Shown: positions 1 to 7,878, numbered from the stretch's first letter. The stretch is DNA of 64,000 nt from an uncultured virus (IMG/VR IMGVR_UViG_3300047458_000106) (IMGVR_UViG_3300047458_000106); one strand, 5' to 3'. The notes: generated by a model from the letters alone, not told the origin. Numbers and translations are program-made.

Positions 1-15
1 ATATGAGAAATATAT

Positions 16-1551
16 ATGGCAGAACAAGACAATAGTATTCTGAAACTTTTTGGTTTTGAACTAAAAAGAGCAGAAGATAAACAAAAAGAAGAGAAAAAGA
101 AAAAACTTCAATCAGTGGTCACACCCACAGACCCTGATGGTGCTGGATATGTAACTGCAAGTGGGTCTCACTATGGCCAGTTCATTGACATGGACGGCAA
201 TCAAGCAAAAGATAATAGACAACTAGTACTTAAATATCGTGGTGTTGCAGTTCACCCAGAAGTCGATGCGGCGATAGAAGATATTGTTAATGAAGCAATC
301 GTAGGGTCTGAAAATGAAGCACCAGTCGAATTAAATCTTGATAACGTAGATGCACCAGACAATATCAAGAAAACAATGATAGAAGAATTCAATAAAGTTA
401 TTGGTATGATGAAGTTTACTGAAATGGGTACAGATATCTTTAGGTCTTATTACATTGATGGTAGACTATATCATCACTTAATAGTCAACGAATCACAACC
501 TAAACTTGGTATACAAGACATTCGAAACATTGATGCTACTAAAATAAGAAAAGTTAAGAATGTCAAATACAAGAAAGACCCTGCAACTGGTGCCAAGATT
601 GTAGATAAAGTAGAAGAGTTTTACATCTTTCAAGAAAAGACTGGTAGTAATCAGGGTGTGAGATTATCACCTGATTCAGTATCATATGTTACATCTGGTC
701 TTATGGACCCAACAAAGAAAACTGTTGTATCTTATTTACACAAAGCATTAAAACCAATCAATCAATTAAGAATGATGGAAGACTCTCTTGTAATCTATCG
801 ATTAGCAAGAGCGCCAGAAAGAAGAATATTCTACATCGATGTTGGTAATATGCCAAGAGGTAAATCAGAAGCATATATGAAAGACATTATGACTCGTTAT
901 CGAAACAAGTTAGTTTATGATGCAAGTACTGGTGAATTAAAAGATGATAGAAAGCACATGTCAATGCTTGAGGACTTTTGGTTACCTAGACGTGAAGGTG
1001 GTAGAGGAACAGAAATTACTACATTACCTGGTGGTGAAAACTTAGGTCAAATAGATGATATTGTTTACTTTCAGAAAAGATTGTATCGTTCATTGAACGT
1101 ACCACTTAGCAGATTAGAACAAGAAGCACAATTTAGTCTTGGTAGAAGTACTGAGATTAATCGTGATGAAGTCAAGTTTCAAAAGTTTATTGACAAAGTA
1201 AGAAAAAGATTTTCAAAACTCTTTACTGAGATATTAAGAAAGCAACTAATCCTCAAAGGTATTATTACTGATGGAGATTGGAATCTCTGGAAGAACGACA
1301 TTACTGTTGACTTCTTAAGAGATAATCACTTTGCAGAGTTGAAAGACTCCGAGATATTACAGAATAGATTAAATACTATGGACCAAATATCTCAATACGT
1401 AGGTGAATATTTCTCACGTGAGTGGGTAATGAAAAACGTCATGCAAATGTCCGAAGAAGACATTGACGAAATGAAGGCGCAAGTTGAAGGTGAAAATGCC
1501 GCTAGTGGTGGCGATGAAGAATCAGATGCTGGCGGTGATGATAACTTTTAA
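16..1551 (+). CDS. g20: Portal vertex protein (T4 gp20)
   Basis: Motifs YRLARAPERRIFYIDVGN and EDFWLPRREGGRGTEITTLPGG; upstream of g21-g23. Confidence 0.97.
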   Translation: MAEQDNSILKLFGFELKRAEDKQKEEKKKKLQSVVTPTDPDGAGYVTASGSHYGQFIDMDGNQAKDNRQLVLKYRGVAVHPEVDAAIEDIVNEAIVGSENEAPVELNLDNVDAPDNIKKTMIEEFNKVIGMMKFTEMGTDIFRSYYIDGRLYHHLIVNESQPKLGIQDIRNIDATKIRKVKNVKYKKDPATGAKIVDKVEEFYIFQEKTGSNQGVRLSPDSVSYVTSGLMDPTKKTVVSYLHKALKPINQLRMMEDSLVIYRLARAPERRIFYIDVGNMPRGKSEAYMKDIMTRYRNKLVYDASTGELKDDRKHMSMLEDFWLPRREGGRGTEITTLPGGENLGQIDDIVYFQKRLYRSLNVPLSRLEQEAQFSLGRSTEINRDEVKFQKFIDKVRKRFSKLFTEILRKQLILKGIITDGDWNLWKNDITVDFLRDNHFAELKDSEILQNRLNTMDQISQYVGEYFSREWVMKNVMQMSEEDIDEMKAQVEGENAASGGDEESDAGGDDNF

Positions 1552-1565
1552 TCTAGGAGAATAGA

Positions 1566-1769
1566 ATGGATTATATAAAAGACTTGTATGCAAAAATTAA
1601 AGCATGGTTTATCGGTGTTGCTGACCAAGACGGTGACGGTGATGTAGATAAAGAAGATGCTAAGATTGTTGCTAAGAAGGCCAAAACTGCAGTAAAAAAG
1701 ACTGCAACTAAGGCAAAAACTGCAGTTAAGAAAGCAACTGCTAAAAAGAAAACAACTAAAAAGGCGTAA
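1566..1769 (+). CDS. Small protein with EF-hand-like DQDGDGDVD loop and histone-H1-like Lys/Ala/Thr tail
   Basis: AGGAGA SD; 67 aa; repeated KAKTAVKK. Confidence 0.75.
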   Translation: MDYIKDLYAKIKAWFIGVADQDGDGDVDKEDAKIVAKKAKTAVKKTATKAKTAVKKATAKKKTTKKA

Positions 1770-1771
1770 TT

Positions 1772-2203
1772 ATGATTAACGAAAACGAAGAACAACAAGA
1801 ATTAGAACTTGATGACAACGTTTCTGACCAAGAAGTTGAAGCAGAATTAGACCAACCTACAGAAGTAGAGTATCATGACCAAGATGATATGCCATCTGCG
1901 GTTGATGATGCCGCAGAGGTTATGTCTAATCCTCAAGCAGATATGATTGACCAGATATTAGATGGCGACTTAACTAATGCTGAAGGTTCTTTTAAAGATA
2001 TCTTAGATACTAAATTAAATGATGCTATGGACAGTAGAAAAGTAGAACTTGCTAATAGTGTTTATAATGGTATAGATGATATCGCAGAACCTACATACAC
2101 CTCAGATGAATTAGAAGTTAGTGCTGAAACTAGCGATGAGAGTGAATTAGAGACACCTGGCGAAGAAATCTCAGACGAAACGACAGATAGTATAGAGCAA
2201 TAA
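1772..2203 (+). CDS. g67: Acidic prohead core protein (gp67-like)
   Basis: Very acidic; lies between g20 and g21. Confidence 0.6.
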   Translation: MINENEEQQELELDDNVSDQEVEAELDQPTEVEYHDQDDMPSAVDDAAEVMSNPQADMIDQILDGDLTNAEGSFKDILDTKLNDAMDSRKVELANSVYNGIDDIAEPTYTSDELEVSAETSDESELETPGEEISDETTDSIEQ

Positions 2204-2223
2204 GTTTTAAAAAACCTCTTTTG

Positions 2224-2231
2224 TATAAATA
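2224..2231 (+). promoter_or_regulatory. T4-type late promoter TATAAATA
   Basis: Exact gp55 consensus upstream of the g68-g23 block. Confidence 0.85.
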
Positions 2232-2255
2232 ATAAGACAAAGAGGAAAACTTATT

Positions 2256-2465
2256 ATGAAAACATTTTTTTCGCTTAGAGAGGCGGTAAAACCAAAAGGT
2301 AAAATCGTCTTTAAGAAAAAGATGAATCGTATAGACGTGGTGATTACCAAAGATACTGGTAGTCTGCCATTTGTCGCATATGTGGATGGTGATAAGTTAG
2401 ATTCATATAAGAATCAAAAAGATGCCGAGAAGGCAATAAGTGCAACTATAAAGGAACTTACATGA
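2256..2465 (+). CDS. Small prohead core protein (gp68-like position)
   Basis: Directly upstream of and overlapping g21; N-terminus MKTFFSLRE. Confidence 0.55.
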   Translation: MKTFFSLREAVKPKGKIVFKKKMNRIDVVITKDTGSLPFVAYVDGDKLDSYKNQKDAEKAISATIKELT

Positions 2466-3121
2466 AATTAATTACAGAATATACAGAAAGTAGTTTAGAA
2501 TGTATTGTTGAAAAGAACGATGCTGGTGAAAAGCAGTATAAGATTCAAGGGATATTTGCACAAACCGACAAAAAGAATAGAAATGGTCGAGTATATCCCA
2601 AAGCAATCATGGAAAAGGCAGTTGCAAAATATGATAAAGAACAAATAAAAACTAACAGAGCGGTCGGTGAATTAAATCACCCAGAAGGACCAACTGTTAA
2701 TTTAGATAAGGTTTCACACTTAATCAAAGAACTCAAATTTGAGGGAAGTGATGTAGTAGGAAAGGCGCAAATACTTGATACGCCAAATGGTAAGATTGTA
2801 AAAGGTCTTCTTGATGGCGGAGTTCAACTAGGAGTGTCAACTCGTGGTATGGGTAGTCTTGAGAATAGAAACGGCGCTATGCAAGTCCGAGAGGACTTCA
2901 TTCTTAGCACAGTTGATATCGTGCAAGACCCATCGGCACCAGAAGCATTTGTTAATGGTATAATGGAAGGTGTTGAGTGGGTTTGGAATAACGGTGTTTT
3001 AAAACCTCAAGAAATTGAAGAAATGGAGACAGAAATTAAAAATGCTCCCAGAAAAGTCGCTTATGAGACTTCTGTAAGAGAATTTAAAAATTTCCTCTCG
3101 TTAATTAAATCTCGAAATTAA
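2462..3121 (+). CDS. g21: Prohead protease (gp21)
   Basis: NRNGRVYP, GELNHP, GVSTRGMGSL, DPSAP motifs. Confidence 0.96.
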   Translation: MKLITEYTESSLECIVEKNDAGEKQYKIQGIFAQTDKKNRNGRVYPKAIMEKAVAKYDKEQIKTNRAVGELNHPEGPTVNLDKVSHLIKELKFEGSDVVGKAQILDTPNGKIVKGLLDGGVQLGVSTRGMGSLENRNGAMQVREDFILSTVDIVQDPSAPEAFVNGIMEGVEWVWNNGVLKPQEIEEMETEIKNAPRKVAYETSVREFKNFLSLIKSRN

Positions 3122-3134
3122 TAGGGAGTCAATT

Positions 3135-4229
3135 ATGACAGATGAAATCAGAAATGATGAGGTCGAGACTTCTACTGATGAAGTAGTTAACGAAATCGTG
3201 GAAGAAACTCTCGAAGAAGCGGAAGCAATGTCAAGTGTAAAGGCAAAAGGTAGTGCTAAGGACGCCAGTCCAGTAAGCGAACCTGAGTCTATTGCATCTG
3301 TAGATAAAGCGGCCGATGCGGTAAAACCTAAGCAGGCACCTGCACCGAAAACAAAAGCAGGTATGATTAGTGCGATGACTGACAAAATGTTGAAAATGTC
3401 TAAATCAGACATGGAAAGCATGTATGCTAGTTATCATAAAATGAAAAAGGAAGAAGTAGAAGAAATGGAAGGTGAAGCAATTGTTGAATCACCAGAAGTT
3501 GACACTATGGGAGAACTTAATGCACTAGTCGAATCCGAAGCAACTCTAAGTGATGAGTTCAAGGAAAAAACTGCAGTAATATTTGAAGCGGCAGTAAAAT
3601 CTAAACTATCAGAAGAAATTGATAGATTAGAATCTCAATACAAAGAAGAGTTAGAAGAAGAATTGTCTTCAACTAAATCTGAAATGGTTGAGAAAGTCGA
3701 TTCATACCTTAACTATGTAGTTGAAAATTGGATGAAGGAAAATGAACTTCAAGTCGAAAACGGTCTTAGAACTGAAATCGCCGAAGGGTTTATGTCTAAG
3801 TTGAAAGATTTATTTAGTGAATCTTACATCGAAGTCCCTGAGTCTAAAGTTGACCTAGTTGACGAACTTGCTGAACAAGTAGAAGAACTTGAGTCTAAAC
3901 TCAATGAAACTACTCAGAAAGTTATCGACCAAAGTGGTGAGTTAGAAGAAATGAAGAAAGAGGAAATTATCAGAGAATCTTCTTCCGACCTTGCTGACAC
4001 ACAAGTTGAGAAGTTAAAAACTCTAGTAAACGACCTTGACTTTGAAGATGCAGAGAAATTTGCAGAAAAAGTTAAAACTGTTAAAGAAGCACACTTCTCT
4101 AACGAACCTAGCGGTAGTGACGAAATAATATCCGAAGAAAGTGAAGGAGAAAGTGACGAGTTAATCGAATCTAGTTCTTCAATGGATAAGTACGTTACTG
4201 CTTTAAGAAAAACTCAATCTAAAAATTAA
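3135..4229 (+). CDS. g22: Prohead scaffold (gp22)
   Basis: Acidic coiled coil; LSDEFKEK..IFEAAV, VDSYLNYVVENW. Confidence 0.93.
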   Translation: MTDEIRNDEVETSTDEVVNEIVEETLEEAEAMSSVKAKGSAKDASPVSEPESIASVDKAADAVKPKQAPAPKTKAGMISAMTDKMLKMSKSDMESMYASYHKMKKEEVEEMEGEAIVESPEVDTMGELNALVESEATLSDEFKEKTAVIFEAAVKSKLSEEIDRLESQYKEELEEELSSTKSEMVEKVDSYLNYVVENWMKENELQVENGLRTEIAEGFMSKLKDLFSESYIEVPESKVDLVDELAEQVEELESKLNETTQKVIDQSGELEEMKKEEIIRESSSDLADTQVEKLKTLVNDLDFEDAEKFAEKVKTVKEAHFSNEPSGSDEIISEESEGESDELIESSSSMDKYVTALRKTQSKN

Positions 4230-4254
4230 TTTAGATTAAACATAGGAAAAGAAA

Positions 4255-5559
4255 ATGGAAGTACAATCTTACGACCAATTGATTGAAAAATGGAAACCAG
4301 TCTTAGATGAAGAATCTGCTGGTGAAATTAAAGACAATCACAGACGTTCCGTAACTGCGGCACTTTTGGAAAACCAAGAGAAAGCAATTGCAGAACAAAA
4401 TGAGACTATGTTATTTGAGGCCGCACCTGCTAACAATACTTCAAGTGTGTCCAATTTTGACCCAGTCTTAATCTCATTAGTTAGACGTGCTATGCCTAAC
4501 TTAATCGCATACGATGTATGTGGTGTTCAACCAATGAATGGACCAACTGGTTTAATCTTTGCCATGAAGGCAAGATATCAAGGTGGTTCAACTTCTAATA
4601 GAGAAGCATTGTTCAACGAAGCAGAAACTAGATTCTCAGGTGATTCATCTGGAACTCATGATTCTGACAACGTTTCAGGTTACAATGGTATTGACTCAGA
4701 TGGTGACAGATTAACGTCTCTTGCCGCTTCTGGTATGCCTACTGTTGATGCTGAGGAACTTGGTGCATCTACTGGTAGTACCTTCAATGAAATGGGTTTC
4801 ACAATTGAGAAATCAACTGTAACTGCTGTTTCAAGGGCGCTAAAAGCAGAATACACTTTAGAACTTGCTCAAGACCTTAAAGCAATTCACGGTCTAGATG
4901 CTGAAACAGAACTTGCTAACATCTTATCTACTGAAATCTTAGCAGAAATCAATAGAGAAGTTATCAGAACTATTAACTCACAAGCAAAAGACGGTGCCCA
5001 ACAAGCAAACGTTACTGTTAATGGTGTGTTCAATATGTCTTCTGATGCTGATGGAAGATGGAGTGCTGAGAAGTTCAAAGGTTTAGGTGTTCAAATAGAC
5101 AGAGAATGTAATCAGATAGCGAAAGACTCAAGAAGAGGAAAAGGTAATATCCTAATCTGTTCTTCTGACGTTGCAACTGCTTTAGCGGCCGCTGGAACTT
5201 TAGATTACTCTCCAGGTATATCTAACAACTTAAACGTTGACGATACTGGTAATACTTTTGCTGGTCTTCTTAACGGAAGAATCAAAGTATACATCGACCC
5301 ATATGCAAATACTGACTACTGTACAGTAGGTTATAAAGGTACTAACCCTTATGACGCCGGTGTTTTCTACTGCCCATACGTACCATTACAAATGGTCAAA
5401 GCAGTTGGGGAAGATACTTTCCAACCTAGAATTGGTTTTAAAACAAGATACGGAATGGCGTCAAACCCATTTGTAGGTTCTACACCTGCTAACGGTCTTG
5501 CTAGTGTTAAAACTAACTTCTACTACAGAATATTCAAGGTAACTAATATCTTAACATAA
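4255..5559 (+). CDS. g23: Major capsid protein (gp23)
   Basis: RRAMPNLIAYDVCGVQPMNGPTGLIFAM; ELAQDLKAIHGLDAE; FQPRIGFKTRYG. Confidence 0.98.
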   Translation: MEVQSYDQLIEKWKPVLDEESAGEIKDNHRRSVTAALLENQEKAIAEQNETMLFEAAPANNTSSVSNFDPVLISLVRRAMPNLIAYDVCGVQPMNGPTGLIFAMKARYQGGSTSNREALFNEAETRFSGDSSGTHDSDNVSGYNGIDSDGDRLTSLAASGMPTVDAEELGASTGSTFNEMGFTIEKSTVTAVSRALKAEYTLELAQDLKAIHGLDAETELANILSTEILAEINREVIRTINSQAKDGAQQANVTVNGVFNMSSDADGRWSAEKFKGLGVQIDRECNQIAKDSRRGKGNILICSSDVATALAAAGTLDYSPGISNNLNVDDTGNTFAGLLNGRIKVYIDPYANTDYCTVGYKGTNPYDAGVFYCPYVPLQMVKAVGEDTFQPRIGFKTRYGMASNPFVGSTPANGLASVKTNFYYRIFKVTNILT

Positions 5560-5581
5560 TCTGTAAAGGTTAAAGACCAAA

Positions 5582-5608
5582 AGGGGCACTCTTCGGGGTG
5601 CCCTTTTT
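5582..5608 (+). terminator. Intrinsic terminator of g23
   Basis: GGGCACTC-TTCG-GGGTGCCC stem with C(UUCG)G loop followed by a T run. Confidence 0.9.
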
Positions 5609-5614
5609 ATATAC

Positions 5615-5636
5615 AAAAAAGGAGTGTCACCACTCC
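5615..5636 (-). terminator. Intrinsic terminator ending the minus-strand RNA
   Basis: Minus strand GGAGTG-GTGA-CACTCC-TTTTTT. Confidence 0.85.
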
Positions 5637-6120
5637 TTCTTCGCCTCGTATTGGGTCAATTCTCATTACTACTCACTACCATCGAGATTTGGCGCCTTGC
5701 AATTCCATGCTCATCAAGGTGCAGATACTTCGTCTTTCGGGTAAATTCCCCAACCTCTTTCAAAGTTGTTCACATTCTTTTACGGCCGTCAAACTGTGAT
5801 TCTACGTGATTAACTCATAGTCATTGTCTTACTTGCCTACCTTTTTGTATTCTCTAGATAATCAATCTATTGTTTCCATAGGGGTCACAAACCATGTATC
5901 TATACTCGCATCTACTTTCCCACGTTTTACCGCTTCGTCATTAATGAATTGGCCCTCGGCGCAAAACATTAACTTACATTGTTTATTGAGTCGCAAAACT
6001 CTCACCAACTAGGTTCAGGTCACAAGTCGACCGTGTATGATAGGTCTCTTCTTCAAGAGGACTTTCACCTCAATTGACCCTGAACTATTAACTCACACTA
6101 CAAAGTTAACGTTATCGAGT
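5615..6120 (-). ncRNA. Putative ~500-nt structured ncRNA (family not identified)
   Basis: Promoter upstream and terminator downstream; no minus-strand ORF of 60 aa or more; several local hairpins and long-range complementarity. Confidence 0.7.
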
Positions 6121-6126
6121 GTTGTT

Positions 6127-6167
6127 ATAATAACAAAACTAACAAGTTTTGTCAACCATTATTTATA
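6127..6167 (-). promoter_or_regulatory. Tandem promoters for the large RNA: sigma70 and late
   Basis: TTGACA (6155-6150), 17 bp, TATTAT (6132-6127); TATAAATA at 6167-6160. Confidence 0.8.
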
Positions 6168-6179
6168 AAATATTAAACT

Positions 6180-6229
6180 TATAAATAAATGTTACAGTTG
6201 TGACACACAATTGTCACACAAATGACACA
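6180..6229 (+). promoter_or_regulatory. Late promoter followed by four 11-bp-phased heptamers (PhoB/OmpR-type box)
   Basis: TATAAATA 6180-6187; TGTTACA 6190, TGACACA 6201, TGTCACA 6212, TGACACA 6223. Confidence 0.6.
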
Positions 6230-6231
6230 AT

Positions 6232-6384
6232 ATGAAAAAACTAGACAAATTGATGAAAAGTGGTAGATTAGATAAGATATGGTCTGGTATTGATACTGAG
6301 TTGAAACCATGGGAATGGCCCACTAGTATTTACATGATACCTTCATTATTTCTTTGTAGTATTGTACTACTGTCATTGATATAA
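6232..6384 (+). CDS. 50-aa peptide with C-terminal transmembrane segment
   Basis: Hand-translated MKKLDKLMKSGRLDKIWSGIDTELKPWEWPTSIYMIPSLFLCSIVLLSLI; below the ORF-track size cutoff. Confidence 0.6.
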   Translation: MKKLDKLMKSGRLDKIWSGIDTELKPWEWPTSIYMIPSLFLCSIVLLSLI

Positions 6385-6385
6385 A

Positions 6386-6416
6386 GAAAAAGGGCAGATG
6401 TTAAGTCTGCCCTTGT
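6386..6416. terminator. Terminator between convergent small ORFs
   Basis: GGGCAGA-TGTTAAG-TCTGCCC; T-rich tail on the minus strand. Confidence 0.75.
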
Positions 6417-6432
6417 TCTAGATGCTTATCTC

Positions 6433-6555
6433 TTAAGCGGCAATTTTACCAGTAATCCCACGATAAGTGATTTCATCACTTTTTTTCGCTTTGGATTTCT
6501 TAGCATTGCTCTTTAGAGTTTTAGCATCATATTTGATACCTCTGTAACAATACAT
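6433..6555 (-). CDS. 40-aa basic peptide with two YRG motifs (DUF4278-like)
   Basis: MYCYRGIKYDAKTLKSNAKKSKAKKSDEITYRGITGKIAA; GGAGG SD; downstream of a glnA-type riboswitch. Confidence 0.8.
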   Translation of the reverse strand: MYCYRGIKYDAKTLKSNAKKSKAKKSDEITYRGITGKIAA

Positions 6556-6619
6556 AGTATTTCCTCCAGTTTTCATTTCGATTTCGTACATACGATATAA
6601 ATCGTACACCCTTCTCCAT

Positions 6620-6768
6620 GCGTTCCTTCGGTTAACTTTCGGTCTCGTTCAGCACTGGAATATATTGACCCAAAAGTGCTTACTTGCTTACCTTTCTTTA
6701 TGAAAAAGAAAGAGGTTGTCAGGTTTTCCTACTTCCGTCTTAGTGGTCAATAACACTAAGATGAACGT
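6620..6768 (-). ncRNA. Glutamine riboswitch (glnA/glutamine-I type) with long P3 insertion
   Basis: Minus strand CGTTCATC-[TTAGTG/CACTAA]-GACGGAAGTAGG...CCGAAGGAACGC matches the marine glnA motif core. Confidence 0.8.
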
Positions 6769-6787
6769 GTATATTTCTATACATTAG

Positions 6788-6795
6788 TATTTATA
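6788..6795 (-). promoter_or_regulatory. Late promoter upstream of the riboswitch
   Basis: TATAAATA on the minus strand about 20 nt before the aptamer. Confidence 0.75.
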
Positions 6796-6960
6796 TAAAA
6801 TACAATCTCTACATTTAAGGGAAGATAGTCTACAATAGTTTCAATATCTTCCCTTATAGAGGTAATGTGACCTTTCTCATATTCACACGGGTGTTCAGTA
6901 ACCAACTCTATTCTGATTTCATTTTAGTCGAATAGTGACTATATGTTAGATAATTAAAGA

Positions 6961-7257
6961 CTATCTAATGCCTCTATTTCCCCTAAGGAAAGTATTCTTA
7001 AACTCTTCGTTTGCTCTTTTTTGTCTACGTATTGCTTTATCTTTTAGCAATCTACGTTTCTCTCTACGAGTGACAAAAAATTCTTTTTTCTTTAAGTCTT
7101 CAATAACACCAGCAGTTTTAACTTTCTTTTTAAATCTTCTGAGTGCTTGGTCGACATTGCCATCACGAACATATACAGTTAGACCAGTATCTTTTGGCCC
7201 ATCGTATCTTCGTTTCTTCGGTCTCTGTGGACGTCTGTTATAGTTATTTTTTCTCAT
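6961..7257 (-). CDS. rpsU: Ribosomal protein bS21 with basic N-terminal extension
   Basis: VYVRDGNVDQALRRFKKKV...LKKKEFF...EKRR...AIRR. Confidence 0.9.
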   Translation of the reverse strand: MRKNNYNRRPQRPKKRRYDGPKDTGLTVYVRDGNVDQALRRFKKKVKTAGVIEDLKKKEFFVTRREKRRLLKDKAIRRQKRANEEFKNTFLRGNRGIR

Positions 7258-7265
7258 TGTTTAGT

Positions 7266-7294
7266 ATTATACTTAACTAAACAAAAAATGTCAA
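7266..7294 (-). promoter_or_regulatory. sigma70 promoter of rpsU (near-leaderless)
   Basis: TTGACA-17-TATAAT, 8 nt before the ATG. Confidence 0.85.
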
Positions 7295-7297
7295 GAA

Positions 7298-7570
7298 CTA
7301 TTTTGTTGTGTATGGTCCATAAGTAGCAGATTTCTTTTTACTATATCTGATATCTGCCCAAACCCACTCTGAAGGAGTTACTTTGACTTTTTCAAAAGTT
7401 CTGTATCTCTTATCAAACTTTTTGATAGGAGTAGCAAAACGTCTTGCTCTAGTCTCACCTTCTCTAATAAAAGCAACTAAGTAACCTTTATCATCTACAA
7501 TGTAAGTGTTATTAGGAGTTTCGTATTCACCCCAATCTGTAGTTTCTTTTAGAAATGTAAGATTATTCAT
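7298..7570 (-). CDS. Hypothetical early protein
   Basis: 90-aa ORF with its own promoter. Confidence 0.75.
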   Translation of the reverse strand: MNNLTFLKETTDWGEYETPNNTYIVDDKGYLVAFIREGETRARRFATPIKKFDKRYRTFEKVKVTPSEWVWADIRYSKKKSATYGPYTTK

Positions 7571-7576
7571 ATTGTT

Positions 7577-7605
7577 ATAATAACAAGTTCAACAAGAATT
7601 GTCAA
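7577..7605 (-). promoter_or_regulatory. sigma70 promoter (leaderless)
   Basis: TTGACA-17-TATTAT, 6 nt before the ATG. Confidence 0.75.
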
Positions 7606-7628
7606 GTAAAATATTTTTTAAAAAATGG

Positions 7629-7657
7629 TTGACAATTGTTGCCGAACCTATTATAAT
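7629..7657 (+). promoter_or_regulatory. Consensus sigma70 promoter
   Basis: TTGACA-17-TATAAT. Confidence 0.85.
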
Positions 7658-7663
7658 ACTTGT

Positions 7664-7792
7664 ATTGAAAATAAGAAAGAGAGGTAAGATTCAGAATAAA
7701 ATAACGGCGTAAAGTCAAAGGTCGACAGACGTTCACCCCCGGTGAGGTAGATTTTGAAGTGGTAGCACCCTTCCCTTGACCGGGGTTTTTTT
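7664..7792 (+). ncRNA. Putative ~130-nt early small RNA
   Basis: Lies between the consensus promoter and a CCCCGGT/ACCGGGG stem + T7; no ATG ORF. Confidence 0.5.
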
Positions 7793-7799
7793 ATAAATA
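7792..7799 (+). promoter_or_regulatory. Late promoter for tRNA-Asp
   Basis: TATAAATA 5 nt before the tRNA 5' end. Confidence 0.8.
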
Positions 7800-7804
7800 A
7801 CATT

Positions 7805-7878
7805 GGTCTCTTAGTTTAATGGTAGAACTTGTCTCTGTCTAAGACGAAGTAGGGGTTCGATTCCCCTAGAGACCGCCA
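7805..7878 (+). tRNA. tRNA-Asp(GTC)
   Basis: Acceptor GGTCTCT/AGAGACC, D arm GTTT/GAAC, anticodon stem TGTCT/AGACG with loop CTGTCTA, T arm AGGGG-TTCGATT-CCCCT, G73, encoded CCA. Confidence 0.92.

Noticed and set aside
5624..6012. Plus-strand ORFs 5624..5809 and 5824..6012
   Set aside because: They lie past the g23 terminator with no promoter and have unprotein-like sequence; they are antisense to the inferred RNA.
5615..6120. tmRNA or RNase P identity for the large RNA
   Set aside because: No tRNA-like acceptor/T arm or CCA was found; GAAAGTCC is present but the RNase P 3' P4 consensus was not found.
6199..6218. CRP site TGTGA...TCACA
   Set aside because: The spacer is 10 bp, not 6; the 11-bp direct-repeat reading fits better.
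6778..6924. Minus-strand open frame (NEIRIELVTEHPCE...)
   Set aside because: No ATG or SD, and it overlaps strong hairpins; not fully excluded.
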